From Eledone cirrhosa (Eukaryota): DNA of 64,000 bases. Shown one piece after another: positions 10,977-25,065 of the stretch. The notes beneath the pieces are model-generated. The model was not told the origin of the DNA and did not search any database. It worked only from the letters and a program-made list of their open reading frames with translations. Each line of letters begins with the position of its first letter. Positions within the stretch are counted from its first letter, which is position 1. Where the stretch lies: the NCBI GenBank assembly GCA_964016885.1, contig OZ024760.1:2728001-2792000 (forward strand), written 5' to 3'. The position numbers and the translations under genes are program-made.

Positions 10977-11693
10977 TAGCTCTGATTTATCCAAATTATT
11001 GAGCCCTCTGCCACACATGTCGGATATTGTTTATCGTGATTTCGTGGGCTGATATTCCGATTCTCGATTATTCTACTATATTTAGCTCTAGACCTTAGCT
11101 ATTGACCAGTTAATTTTATTGATTATTTTTTTTGTCGATCTTATTGACTGATGAATAGCTCTTGTTTATTTTAACACGTCTGTTGAGCACTCTGATTCGA
11201 TATGTGATATTTTGTATTCTTACATAATTTGCACATCACCGAATTCTTTCGCTAATATAGAGGTTATCTCCCTTGCTGATTACCATGTGCGTTTTTGGCT
11301 ATAGGTCCTCTCTGTATTGTCGGACGAAAACTCGTTGATAAAGCTGTTCCGCGTCCACCCCTTCTCTAGAAGTATTATATATTTTTTATGTGGGCTGATA
11401 GTGATTGGATTAAGGAATTGCAGAAACCCAAGAAGCTAGATTTAACATCCTTCTAGCGGGTCCGGGTGAGTTTTTTACATTCATTTAATTTATTGATATT
11501 TTATTTGAGTGACCCGAATCTTCCTGGTCGTTCTTTTTCGGCTGCACGGGTGATTTTAGGCATAATCTCTATGTGTTGGTATTTTAACGATAGTTATAGC
11601 TCTGATTTATCCAAATTATTGAGCCCTCTGCCACACATGTCGGATATTGTTTATCGTGATTTCGTGGGCTGATATTCCGATTCTCGATTATTC

Positions 11694-11700
<7 letters not shown>
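10971..11700. mobile_element. Non-coding unit bounded by identical 110-bp direct repeats (620-bp period) in (TA)n
   Basis: 10971-11080 is identical to 11591-11700. Confidence 0.7.
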
Positions 11701-11753
<53 letters not shown>

Positions 11754-11800
11754 GTATATATATATATGTGTGTGTGTACATATAGAAGTAGTTCACCGTT

Positions 11801-11840
11801 ACTGAGAACAATTGTTTCACATTCGGATCATCAGCTCGGT
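11801..11840 (-). ncRNA. Hammerhead ribozyme, probably degenerate in helix II (family copy 33273-33315 +, remnant 2025-2060 -)
   Basis: ACCGAG-CTGATGA-TCCGAATGT-GAAA-CAATTG-TT-CTCAGT; the 33-kb copy has T-CC gaataa GG-T. Confidence 0.6.
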
Positions 11841-12599
11841 TTAAATGAGGTTGTACGGAAAAGGAAAAAGCAACTGTACGAATACACGTATGCGGAAACA
11901 GTCACTTCCCAAGGGGAGGTAAAACCACGATAAATCGATGTAAGGCAGATAATTGCGGATGCTAGGAGTAAATTATTTATATTATTTTATAGATTGTTCA
12001 TGTTAGTCCATCTGGAGGTTTGTAATTACGTAATAGGTGCTTCCAGATGTGTGGACAACATGAAAAAAGTTCATTCCTTGAATTTAGACAAGTGCTATTA
12101 TGTTAACTTCTCAGGATTTTGATTCTTTCTTCAATGCACAGCCCACATGATGGATTCCCATTTCTGTATGGCTAAACTTAGTTATAACTTTCTATTGGAT
12201 GGAATAACCTATGCCCGTGTCCTTGAGGGACCATACGTAGCTCGCAAGCTTCGTGGACAATCGTTTGTCCGGGCATCTGAAGTCAACTGATGATTCAGGA
12301 AGTGATCCTTAAACCGGCCCTCAACCATACCTACATCACTTACACACACATATATATATCAACAAACATGGTATACTGGCCAATCTCTTGGACTTTTACG
12401 AAGTGCTGAGGGGATAAAGTTAATATAAAGAGTAGTGTGCTCGAGTGCAGAGATGCTATAAAATAGCTTTTAAAAAAGGGCCAATGGCAACTTCTTTTAC
12501 CGTCTTTAAGTGTTTTCACCCAATTTATAGCCACTCCATGTGTGTATATAAATATTATATCTATATCTATTCGACAATAAAACAATGGACCACGTATTA

Positions 12600-13130
12600 C
12601 CCCCCCCCCCCCCCCCATCAAAAATAATAACAAACTGAAAAGAAAGATAGCAAGAGGGGAGGAGAGAAATGGAGCATGGGAGAGGGAGAGACAGAGAAAA
12701 AGAGAGAGGGTGTATGTGAGAAAGGGAGAGAGACAGCAAGAGAGAGAGAGAGATGCAGAGACAGTGATGGTGCATGTAAGAGGGAAAGCGGAAAAGAGGG
12801 GGAGGGGAGAAGGGAGATGGGAAAGGGGGTGGAAATGGGGAGAGGGGGGTGAGATGAGGGGGAGAGGGAGGAAAGAATAGAGGAGACGGGGAAGTGTGTT
12901 ATGTGTGAGAGAGAGAGGCAGAGACAGAAATGTATGTAAGAAGGAGAGAGAGGAGGGTGTGAGAGGAGAAGAGAGGTGGAAAGAGAGGGGAAGAGAGAGA
13001 GAAGAGAGGGAAAGACAGAGGAAGAGAGACATGAGAAAGAGAGGAAGAGAACGGGAGGGGGTATATGTGTGAGAGAGAGAAGGAGAAGGGGAGAGTGTCT
13101 ATGTGAGAGAGAGGACGGTGTAGTGGAGAG
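12600..13130. repeat. GA-rich polypurine low-complexity tract
   Basis: Composition. Confidence 0.9.
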
Positions 13131-13398
13131 AATCTGAAACAATCAAAACAACAAATGCTTTTACTTCCATTAATATATTCTTCCTCTCAGAAATATTTTT
13201 AATAATGGCATGCTGGGTCACAGAATGTAGAATACAGTCTTGATAATTATGGTTCTTGTAGAAAAAAAGAGAAGAATCTAAGAATCTGGAACATATATTC
13301 CATAACAAGATAAAGAAGAAGATAACCAAAAATTTATTCAACACTGATCAATTGATCAATAAAAATCAAAGTTACTGTTCAACACAGACTGCTAATAG

Positions 13399-13497
<99 letters not shown>

Positions 13498-13877
13498 GTT
13501 ATTCCGGGTTGAATCGGAGGTAACCACAGTAAGTAAGGTACTCAATACATAGCAGAGTATAGAATGAAACAATTCTAGTCCTGTAGAATCTCATCTATAT
13601 TAAAACTATATATATATATATAAAGAATTAGTATATCTACCAACATATATATACAGATGCATACCTATGCTAGCAAATATATAGGTTTGTCTTAGTAACT
13701 TTGTGGTTCAATGCAAGGGGATGCAGAACAATTATATGAAAGACGTAAAATCAGAAAATTATAAAAATTAACTTACTAAAATTTCACTCCAACTAATTAG
13801 TTTCTGAAAGGGAATTTTACATCTTTCATATATATAAACATATATATACATATATATATGAATATATATATACTGAA

Positions 13878-13912
<35 letters not shown>

Positions 13913-13913
13913 A

Positions 13914-14234
13914 TATATAAGATCAAAAGATGGTTAAAAGAGTTCCATGTATTTTATTATGCGCATTTCAAAAACAAATATCATCATGCAATAACATTTG
14001 TGTTTTCATCAGATAAAATAGGAAGACATGATATGAAGGTTAAAATACACTTGTGAATAGTGCAGTTTTAAATCAACATATACTGCACTATTCACAAGTG
14101 TATTTTAACCTTCATATCATGTCTTCCTATTTTATCTGATGAAAACACAAATGTTATTGCATGATGATATTTGTTTTTGAAATGCGCATAATAAAATACA
14201 TGGAACTCTTTTAACCATCTTTTGATCTTATATA
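13914..14234. mobile_element. ~320-bp perfect palindrome (15-nt spacer) of the family seen at 8225-8580
   Basis: Arms mirror about 14074. Confidence 0.9.
14128..14198 (+). ncRNA. Hammerhead ribozyme (mirror copy 13950-14020 -)
   Basis: 8-bp helix I TATTTTAT/ATAAAATA, CTGATGA, ~16-bp helix II, GAAA, palindromic ATGCGCAT, AUA site. Confidence 0.85.
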
Positions 14235-14368
14235 TTATGTATACTCCAGTCCTACAAACTGTAGAGTGCTTCTTATCCGATATCTGCATTGCTTTATTGT
14301 ACTACAATAAAACTCACCTCCTACATATATATATATATATATATATATACATATGTACACGTACACGT

Positions 14369-14408
<40 letters not shown>

Positions 14409-14417
14409 GTATTTGAC

Positions 14418-15629
14418 ATTATCTGGTGGTGCTTAAGGAAATTAGGTGTAGAAGAATGGCTTGTGAGAGCAGTGCATGTCATGTACAGAGAAGCTGTCAG
14501 CAAAGTGAGGGTAGGAAATGAGTTTAGTCAGAAATTCAAGTTACAGGTAGGAAGAAGTTCATTAAGGTTGAGTTCTTAGCCCACTATTATTCATTATAGT
14601 CCTCCAAGATATAACAGAGGAGTTTAAAACTGGCTGTTCATGGGAACTTCTCTATGCAGATAATCTGGTCCTTATAGCTGAATCCATTAAAGATCTAGAA
14701 AATAAGTTCTGACTATGGAAACAAAATCTAGAATCATAAGGCCTAACTTAGCCAAAACTAAAGTGTTAGTCAGTTGGAGAGAAGATAGAATCCTGATTCT
14801 TTCAGGGAAGTGGCCCTGCTCAATATGTAGAAAGAAAGTAGGCATAAACTCCATACAATGTACATCATGTAAATCTTGGATACACAAGAGATGTAGTGGG
14901 ATATTGAGGGAGCTATCAGGAAGGGACGATTTTGTTTGTAGAGGATGCACAGGGGTAACTGAGGGGAAGTTAACCAGTAATGTAAGCCTATTCCAGTCAC
15001 AGAAAGGACACATAGAAGTTGTTCATAGGTAACATAATTAGTAATGGAGGGGGGTTCTCTGAGAGTATAATAACTAGAATAAGGATAGGATGGAAATCGT
15101 TTAGAGAGCTACTCCCACTGTTAACCACAAAAGGTTTCTCCCTATGTACAAAAAACGACTGTATAAGACCTGTGTGCGAAGTGTGAAGTTGCATGATATT
15201 GAAACATGGGCTGTGACTGCAGAGGACTTACATAGGCTGGAAAGAAATGAAGAAACCATGCTCTATTGGATGTGCAATGTAAGTGTGAGAGAGAGGCAGA
15301 ACTTCGATGTGTTGAAGGGGAAGCTGGGCTTAAGACGAGTCTGAGGTAGTGTGCAGGAGAGAAGACTGTGTTGGTTTGGGGGTGTGAGATGTGCATGAAC
15401 GATAATCGTTGGGTGAGGAAGTGCCAGGAAATGCCAGTGGAAGGAAGTTGCGGTAAAGGTAAACCAAGAAAGACCTGGACAGAGGTTGTGAGAGATGACC
15501 TCAAATAACTGAAACTCACAGAAGTGATGACAAAGGATCGCTATGTGTGGAGAGATGCTGTGCTGACAAGGACCCGTCAAACTCTGGCAAGCGTGGAAAA
15601 GCGGACATAAAAACGATGATGATGATGAT
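14418..15629 (+). pseudogene. Degraded 5'-truncated copy of the RTE-PHD LINE
   Basis: Colinear with 1-1220; frameshifts and stops; (ATG)n tail. Confidence 0.9.
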
Positions 15630-15646
15630 AATATATATATACATAC

Positions 15647-15694
<48 letters not shown>

Positions 15695-15705
15695 CATATA
15701 TATAT

Positions 15706-15755
<50 letters not shown>

Positions 15756-15923
15756 CGAAGGAAATGTGGTAAGGAACCAGGTGGACCATAACGCACCAAA
15801 GTACTCAATACTTAGGGTAGTAGAGTGGGTAATAGGAACAAGTAAGACCCCGACGGCTGAGCTCAAGCCGTTTTGACGGCTAATTCTGGACTAGAGCTCA
15901 GCCGTCGGGGTCTTACTTGTTCC

Positions 15924-15959
<36 letters not shown>

Positions 15960-16295
15960 CATACATGGAGGCACATGGCTGTAGTGGTTAGAGCATTGGC
16001 CTTGCAATCGAAAGGTTGTGAGTTCAATTCTCATACTGGGTGATGTGTTGTTTCCTTGAGCAAGACACTTTATTTCACATTGCTCCAGTTTACTCAGCTG
16101 TAGAAATGAGATGATAGGGACTGGGGTCCCTATCATTCCACTGCAAAGTGGTCGTGGAGGTGACATGGCAAAAAAGCACCCAGCACTCACTGTAAATGAG
16201 GTTGGTGTTAGGAAGGGCATCCAGCTGTAGAAATCAAGCCAGAATCAGTTCCCGTCCCACCCTTACAAGCAGGGATAAAGCGGACGTAAAATGAA

Positions 16296-16330
<35 letters not shown>

Positions 16331-16712
16331 AATATATATTTATATATATACACACATACATAATATATATTTATGTAACAATTTCACCATTATATATTAT
16401 ATATATATCATCATCGTTGATCATCATCATCGTTTAATGTCCAACTTCCACGTTAGTCATATATTATGTATTTTTTTATACATATCGGATAACTCCGATA
16501 TAAAACCTGTGGCTCAGTAGTTACCGATGATGTTGATCATTTCTTCTTTTCGGGTTATAGCTACTGTCGCTCAGAGAGTGGGATTGGCTCAGTGCACAAT
16601 CTTTCCTCACTTTAAAAAATATCTTCACGCACAGTCATTGCATGATAGAATTAATTAATAATTATTAATAATGGTATATCGTGCAATGGCCATACTCGAT
16701 AACGAGGGGGCA

Positions 16713-16764
<52 letters not shown>

Positions 16765-16771
<7 letters not shown>

Positions 16772-16870
16772 CATAATCTATATTTATATAGATTATGGCA
16801 CCATTATACATATATATATATATATATATACACATACATACATAATGTATATTTATATAATAGTCGCACC

Positions 16871-16908
<38 letters not shown>

Positions 16909-17004
16909 CATACATAATCTATATTTATATAATAGTGGCACCATTATATATATATATATATATATACATACACATTTAATATATATTTACATGATAGTGA
17001 CACC

Positions 17005-17053
<49 letters not shown>

Positions 17054-17154
17054 ACATACATAATATATATTTACATGATAGTGGCACCATTATATATATA
17101 TATATATATATATATACATACATACATAATATATATTTACATGATAGTGACACC

Positions 17155-17194
<40 letters not shown>

Positions 17195-17490
17195 ATATAT
17201 ATTTACATGATAGTGGCACAATTATATATATATATATATCATCATCATCATTTTACGTCCGCTTTTCCTTGCTTGCAAGGGTGGGGCGGGTCCTATTCAG
17301 CACAGCATCTCTCCACTCGTCACGGTCCCTCATCATCTCCACCGTGAGCTTCAATGATCTGAGGTCTGTTCTCACCACCTCCGCCCATGTTTTTCGTGGT
17401 CTACCTCTATGTATGTATATATATATATATACATACATACATAATATATATTTACATGATAGTGACACCATTATATATATATATATATAT
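16765..17490. repeat. Minisatellite (ACATAATATATATTTACATGATAGTGGCACCATT + (TA)n), interrupted by an RTE 3' end at 17238-17408(-); resumes at 25070-25145
   Basis: Tandem units on both sides of the PLE palindrome. Confidence 0.85.
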
Positions 17491-17862
17491 ATATGAAGTA
17501 ATTCCATCGGAAAAGTCCAGGAAAAAAGAGTGCTCTATGTAAGCAACAGAGCTTAATTATTATTATTATGTAATAAACAACATAAGGCAATTATTCCATT
17601 TACCAGTGGTTTCTTAAAAGCAAAAGGTTTTGCTTTCAATCCTCAGAATGAAAAATCCTGGTTTGTTTATTGAATATGGATTCTAAAAACGAAAATGCAA
17701 TCTATATGAAAGTGAGGCTGGAAAAGGGAGAAGGAAAGGAAAAATAAAATAAAATAAAACTACACATGCAAACACACACAAAAAAACCCAAAAGCATACT
17801 TACACACACACACATATATACACATATAATTTGCACGCATACACATATACACATACACATAC

Positions 17863-17905
<43 letters not shown>

Positions 17906-18008
17906 CACATACATACACACATATATATATAAAAAGAGCGTACACCTACACACACATACACATATATATACACACATATACACATACATATATTCATACA
18001 TACACACG

Positions 18009-18042
<34 letters not shown>

Positions 18043-18068
18043 TACATATATATACACATGTACATATC

Positions 18069-18120
<52 letters not shown>

Positions 18121-18143
18121 CATATACACACATATACACATAT

Positions 18144-18181
<38 letters not shown>

Positions 18182-19197
18182 GTGTGTACAAGCCTACACA
18201 TACACACACACATATATATACACACACATATACATACATTCACACAAACATACAACGTACATACATACACATACATGAATGCACTCCACTACATATTAAC
18301 ACACGCAAATAAATATAAGAAAAAAAAAATATATAAATAATATTAACAAATATTTGACAGCGATACATGCCCCAGCTAACAGGACAGACACGCGTGGTAA
18401 GTAATACACACATAAGCGCATATACATACGTTCGAAATAGTAAACACATACACACACTCTCACACATAAATATACATATACAAATACATAAACACGTACA
18501 TACACATACATACGCAAACACGTACACGTATACAATATAAACACACACATGTATATGTAATTATATACACACACACACACATATACATATATATATATAT
18601 ATATATATACATACAAAAATATAAAAATATAAACGCACACACACATATAAATACGTAAACACACATATACATACATAGCTAAACAAATATACACATGCAA
18701 ATACGTATATATCAAAAGAACGCACAACCAAATACAAACACACACACATATATACACACACACACACCCACACACAAACCCACACATACATAAAAATAAA
18801 TAAAAACACACGCAACATATACATACATACACGTACATATACATATATACATATATACATATACATATATATATATACACACATATATACACAAATATAT
18901 ATATATATATATATATATACACACGCACACGTACACATACACACATGCATACACATACACACACACATATACATGTGTGTATGTGTAAAGCTCAGTATTA
19001 GATAAGACAAATGAACCTTACATAAACGTATATATAGTAGTAAAGTAATAAAGCCATACAAGGCAATTAATCCATTCACCAGAGGTTTCTTAAAAGCAAA
19101 AAAAGTTTCCTTCAATCTTCAGAATGAAATATACAAATATATACACACATACAGACACGCACACACACATATATATATATACATATATATATATATA

Positions 19198-19239
<42 letters not shown>

Positions 19240-19528
19240 CACATATACACACACATACACACACATACATATACATACATACATACACATATATATACAT
19301 ACACAAACATATACGTACACATATATATATATACACACAAAAATACATACACATACACATAGGTATGTGAAGGGCAAAACAAAAAGAATATATGGGGTGG
19401 GGGGCCTAGAGGAGGTAAAAATATAAAGGGAGGTAAGGGAGAAAAAAAATATTTTTTAAATACAAGAGTACAGAAGGTAGAAGCAGCAAAATAAAAGCCG
19501 TAGCAAAAGTAAAGAGCAGAGAAGGAGT

Positions 19529-21273
19529 TCAAGGCGGTTGATTTATCGTAGGAGTGTCAATCCAGTTACAGATCAGATGCGATTTCAGATGAGGACAGCA
19601 TCTGAAGATCTCAGTCTTAGAGTTAAGGCAAGCGGAAGTGTCTCTCAAGTTTAGCAAAATCCTATACTTTTCTGTGGTACACAAAGAACAATTCTTTGTG
19701 CCCCTTTGGTACTCCCTCGAATGGTCTAATATAGACCAATCAATAGAGTACGGGATATTACTATCCTTGAGATCCCATACCTTACTTGCGAGGGCCGTTG
19801 ATGTTCGTTTATCTGAGTGTTTAAAAGAAGCGACATGTGAGTAAAATCTGGTTTTAAACCTGTCCTGGGTCATACCGACATATCGCTCGCTTCTGGCTGG
19901 CTGGTTGTTGATAACTGGCGTTATTTTAGCCTCATAAACGACAGATTTTGTTTTACATTTACCCTGCAATGGGCATTCATCCGGCTTCCTGCAACTGCAT
20001 CCTGGATTTATCCTCGTACGGTTTGAACTGGTGATTTTGGATTTCATGGATGGACAACAAGAGTAGCTGATCTTAACTACATTCCTATTAAAAATCTTAT
20101 AATATCTATGAATAGGAGGAAAATGTTTGTCTAATAGTTCAAGGAATTTCCTTCCTACATTAGTTTTGACATTTAGAGAGAAGGGGGGTGTGAACCAAAT
20201 AATCTTCCTTTTCCTGTTATTATGGTTAGTTTTAGGGGGGGGAATAGGTAAATAAGAAATATTTTCTGTAAAACCGCTGTTCTTAAGGGCTTTATTATAA
20301 TAAGGGGCGGCTTTATTAAAAATGTCTATAGACGAAGATAAAGTAGAAATCCTACGGCTAATGTTAGGAATAAGATTTTTAAAAACTATAGGGGGATGGC
20401 AAGACTCTTTGTGTATATACCTAAGATTTTCATTAGGTTTATGATAGGGTTTAAAAGAGGCAGTAAGTAGATCAAGATTAATATCAAGAAAGTTAGCATT
20501 AGTAAGGTTCGTATCTATAGTAATTTTAAGGTTAAGATTAGCAAAGGTACTAATTAAATCTTTACGGAATTTATCAAGATTATGGCCATTGGTGGTATGA
20601 GAAACTGCTAATCCGTCATCACGGTATAAACCGATATTATGGGACGGAAATTTCTCTTTGAGTGTGTGGAGAAGGAATAATCCTACTAAGTCGCACACAT
20701 CCGCACTGTCATAAGAACCCATTGCAACATCGAAAGAGTTTTCAGGGTTTGACTTTTTAACCCAAATCTTATCATTAGTAAAAAGTAAAGTTTTTCTGGC
20801 ATGAAAGATAATGTCCTCTTCTAATTTGGAGATATTAATGAAGGGTCTTGCAAAATCTAAGGCTTTAGTTAATAAGGAAACGGTAATAGAAGGGTAAAAA
20901 TCGACAATATCAAATTGCGTAAATCTACACTTATTTTTACCTTGTATATTATTGAACCAAGAAATAACAGAGGAAGTATTTAGCCACTGTGAAAGGACAG
21001 TGTTAGTTCTAATTTGGATAATTATTTTTCTTAAGATTTTCTTACTAGCAAGGCCAACCTCGGATTTAGCCGGGTTAATCAGTCTACAACTAGGTCGATT
21101 AGTAAAGTCCAATTTATGGTCTTTAAGGGTAATATATGCTTTACGCTTAGCTAAGCTTTCAATCCGGTTATCTATTTGTAAAGAACTAGCTAGTTCTTTA
21201 GCTTCTTTATTGATAGTATTGTAGCTATTATTATTAGTTAATTGATATTTATTGGTAATACTATTAGTTAAAA
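19529..21273 (-). CDS. PLE RT/GIY-YIG ORF, inverted 5'-truncated copy
   Basis: Translation identical to the + copy. Confidence 0.9.
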
Positions 21274-23070
21274 TCTGATAAAACCAAAAACCTCTTTGAA
21301 GTTAATAGTAATTTGTATAACCAACTTTTAACTAATAGTATTACCAATAAATATCAATTAACTAATAATAATAGCTACAATACTATCAATAAAGAAGCTA
21401 AAGAACTAGCTAGTTCTTTACAAATAGATAACCGGATTGAAAGCTTAGCTAAGCGTAAAGCATATATTACCCTTAAAGACCATAAATTGGACTTTACTAA
21501 TCGACCTAGTTGTAGACTGATTAACCCGGCTAAATCCGAGGTTGGCCTTGCTAGTAAGAAAATCTTAAGAAAAATAATTATCCAAATTAGAACTAACACT
21601 GTCCTTTCACAGTGGCTAAATACTTCCTCTGTTATTTCTTGGTTCAATAATATACAAGGTAAAAATAAGTGTAGATTTACGCAATTTGATATTGTCGATT
21701 TTTACCCTTCTATTACCGTTTCCTTATTAACTAAAGCCTTAGATTTTGCAAGACCCTTCATTAATATCTCCAAATTAGAAGAGGACATTATCTTTCATGC
21801 CAGAAAAACTTTACTTTTTACTAATGATAAGATTTGGGTTAAAAAGTCAAACCCTGAAAACTCTTTCGATGTTGCAATGGGTTCTTATGACAGTGCGGAT
21901 GTGTGCGACTTAGTAGGATTATTCCTTCTCCACACACTCAAAGAGAAATTTCCGTCCCATAATATCGGTTTATACCGTGATGACGGATTAGCAGTTTCTC
22001 ATACCACCAATGGCCATAATCTTGATAAATTCCGTAAAGATTTAATTAGTACCTTTGCTAATCTTAACCTTAAAATTACTATAGATACGAACCTTACTAA
22101 TGCTAACTTTCTTGATATTAATCTTGATCTACTTACTGCCTCTTTTAAACCCTATCATAAACCTAATGAAAATCTTAGGTATATACACAAAGAGTCTTGC
22201 CATCCCCCTATAGTTTTTAAAAATCTTATTCCTAACATTAGCCGTAGGATTTCTACTTTATCTTCGTCTATAGACATTTTTAATAAAGCCGCCCCTTATT
22301 ATAATAAAGCCCTTAAGAACAGCGGTTTTACAGAAAATATTTCTTATTTACCTATTCCCCCCCCTAAAACTAACCATAATAACAGGAAAAGGAAGATTAT
22401 TTGGTTCACACCCCCCTTCTCTCTAAATGTCAAAACTAATGTAGGAAGGAAATTCCTTGAACTATTAGACAAACATTTTCCTCCTATTCATAGATATTAT
22501 AAGATTTTTAATAGGAATGTAGTTAAGATCAGCTACTCTTGTTGTCCATCCATGAAATCCAAAATCACCAGTTCAAACCGTACGAGGATAAATCCAGGAT
22601 GCAGTTGCAGGAAGCCGGATGAATGCCCATTGCAGGGTAAATGTAAAACAAAATCTGTCGTTTATGAGGCTAAAATAACGCCAGTTATCAACAACCAGCC
22701 AGCCAGAAGCGAGCGATATGTCGGTATGACCCAGGACAGGTTTAAAACCAGATTTTACTCACATGTCGCTTCTTTTAAACACTCAGATAAACGAACATCA
22801 ACGGCCCTCGCAAGTAAGGTATGGGATCTCAAGGATAGTAATATCCCGTACTCTATTGATTGGTCTATATTAGACCATTCGAGGGAGTACCAAAGGGGCA
22901 CAAAGAATTGTTCTTTGTGTACCACAGAAAAGTATAGGATTTTGCTAAACTTGAGAGACACTTCCGCTTGCCTTAACTCTAAGACTGAGATCTTCAGATG
23001 CTGTCCTCATCTGAAATCGCATCTGATCTGTAACTGGATTGACACTCCTACGATAAATCAACCGCCTTGA
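21271..23070 (+). CDS. PLE reverse transcriptase + C-terminal GIY-YIG endonuclease (tentatively Nematis-like); 5'-truncated, no ATG start
   Basis: SDKT (DKG-like) at the junction, RLINP, FDIVDFYPSI, AMGS, LYRDD, FLDI, CSC..CPL.G.C, VVY..YVGMT..R...H, CxxC..E, LN...CPH. Confidence 0.93.
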   Translation, partial: KSDKTKNLFEVNSNLYNQLLTNSITNKYQLTNNNSYNTINKEAKELASSLQIDNRIESLAKRKAYITLKDHKLDFTNRPSCRLINPAKSEVGLASKKILRKIIIQIRTNTVLSQWLNTSSVISWFNNIQGKNKCRFTQFDIVDFYPSITVSLLTKALDFARPFINISKLEEDIIFHARKTLLFTNDKIWVKKSNPENSFDVAMGSYDSADVCDLVGLFLLHTLKEKFPSHNIGLYRDDGLAVSHTTNGHNLDKFRKDLISTFANLNLKITIDTNLTNANFLDINLDLLTASFKPYHKPNENLRYIHKESCHPPIVFKNLIPNISRRISTLSSSIDIFNKAAPYYNKALKNSGFTENISYLPIPPPKTNHNNRKRKIIWFTPPFSLNVKTNVGRKFLELLDKHFPPIHRYYKIFNRNVVKISYSCCPSMKSKITSSNRTRINPGCSCRKPDECPLQGKCKTKSVVYEAKITPVINNQPARSERYVGMTQDRFKTRFYSHVASFKHSDKRTSTALASKVWDLKDSNIPYSIDWSILDHSREYQRGTKNCSLCTTEKYRILLNLRDTSACLNSKTEIFRCCPHLKSHLICNWIDTPTINQPP

Positions 23071-23359
23071 ACTCCTTCTCTGCTCTTTACTTTTGCTACG
23101 GCTTTTATTTTGCTGCTTCTACCTTCTGTACTCTTGTATTTAAAAAATATTTTTTTTCTCCCTTACCTCCCTTTATATTTTTACCTCCTCTAGGCCCCCC
23201 ACCCCATATATTCTTTTTGTTTTGCCCTTCACATACCTATGTGTATGTGTATGTATTTTTGTGTGTATATATATATATGTGTACGTATATGTTTGTGTAT
23301 GTATATATATGTGTATGTATGTATGTATATGTATGTGTGTGTATGTGTGTGTATATGTG

Positions 23360-23401
<42 letters not shown>

Positions 23402-23470
23402 TATATATATATATATGTATATATATATATGTGTGTGTGCGTGTCTGTATGTGTGTATATATTTGTATAT

Positions 23471-23528
23471 TTCATTCTGAAGATTGAAGGAAACTTTTTT
23501 TGCTTTTAAGAAACCTCTGGTGAATGGA
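23471..23528 (+). ncRNA. PLE 3' hammerhead 1, with non-canonical GUG site (mirror 19071-19128 -)
   Basis: TTCATT-CTGAAGA-TTGAAGG..CTTTTAA-GAAA-CC tct GG-TG-AATGGA. Confidence 0.65.
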
Positions 23529-24418
23529 TTAATTGCCTTGTATGGCTTTATTACTTTACTACTATATATACGTTTATGTAAGGTTCATTTGTCTTATCTA
23601 ATACTGAGCTTTACACATACACACATGTATATGTGTGTGTGTATGTGTATGCATGTGTGTATGTGTACGTGTGCGTGTGTATATATATATATATATATAT
23701 ATATTTGTGTATATATGTGTGTATATATATATATGTATATGTATATATGTATATATGTATATGTACGTGTATGTATGTATATGTTGCGTGTGTTTTTATT
23801 TATTTTTATGTATGTGTGGGTTTGTGTGTGGGTGTGTGTGTGTGTATATATGTGTGTGTGTTTGTATTTGGTTGTGCGTTCTTTTGATATATACGTATTT
23901 GCATGTGTATATTTGTTTAGCTATGTATGTATATGTGTGTTTACGTATTTATATGTGTGTGTGCGTTTATATTTTTATATTTTTGTATGTATATATATAT
24001 ATATATATATATGTATATGTGTGTGTGTGTGTATATAATTACATATACATGTGTGTGTTTATATTGTATACGTGTACGTGTTTGCGTATGTATGTGTATG
24101 TACGTGTTTATGTATTTGTATATGTATATTTATGTGTGAGAGTGTGTGTATGTGTTTACTATTTCGAACGTATGTATATGCGCTTATGTGTGTATTACTT
24201 ACCACGCGTGTCTGTCCTGTTAGCTGGGGCATGTATCGCTGTCAAATATTTGTTAATATTATTTATATATTTTTTTTTTTCTTATATTTATTTGCGTGTG
24301 TTAATATGTAGTGGAGTGCATTCATGTATGTGTATGTATGTACGTTGTATGTTTGTGTGAATGTATGTATATGTGTGTGTATATATATGTGTGTGTGTAT
24401 GTGTAGGCTTGTACACAC

Positions 24419-24456
<38 letters not shown>

Positions 24457-24479
24457 ATATGTGTATATGTGTGTATATG

Positions 24480-24531
<52 letters not shown>

Positions 24532-24557
24532 GATATGTACATGTGTATATATATGTA

Positions 24558-24591
<34 letters not shown>

Positions 24592-24694
24592 CGTGTGTAT
24601 GTATGAATATATGTATGTGTATATGTGTGTATATATATGTGTATGTGTGTGTAGGTGTACGCTCTTTTTATATATATATGTGTGTATGTATGTG

Positions 24695-24767
<73 letters not shown>

Positions 24768-24977
24768 GTATGTGTATGTGTATATGTGTATGCGTGCAAA
24801 TTATATGTGTATATATGTGTGTGTGTGTAAGTATGCTTTTGGGTTTTTTTGTGTGTGTTTGCATGTGTAGTTTTATTTTATTTTATTTTTCCTTTCCTTC
24901 TCCCTTTTCCAGCCTCACTTTCATATAGATTGCATTTTCGTTTTTAGAATCCATATTCAATAAACAAACCAGGATTT

Positions 24978-25035
24978 TTCATTCTGAGGATTGAAAGCAA
25001 AACCTTTTGCTTTTAAGAAACCACTGGTAAATGGA
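24978..25035 (+). ncRNA. PLE 3' hammerhead 2 (mirror 17595-17652 -)
   Basis: TTCATT-CTGAGGA-TTGAAAGCAAA acct TTTGCTTTTAA-GAAA-CC act GG-TA-AATGGA; GUA site. Confidence 0.85.
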
Positions 25036-25065
25036 ATAATTGCCTTATGTTGTTTATTACATAAT

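Noticed and set aside
12280-12320. CTGATGA HHR-like core (also partial motifs at ~16485, ~51975, ~62360)
   Set aside because: Could not complete both core halves and helix I
15968-16040. tRNA gene
   Set aside because: Degenerate tRNA-derived SINE head that continues into SINE body
17700-19500. Many YI/CV/HT-rich ORFs, here and throughout the window
   Set aside because: Translations of TA/TG microsatellites
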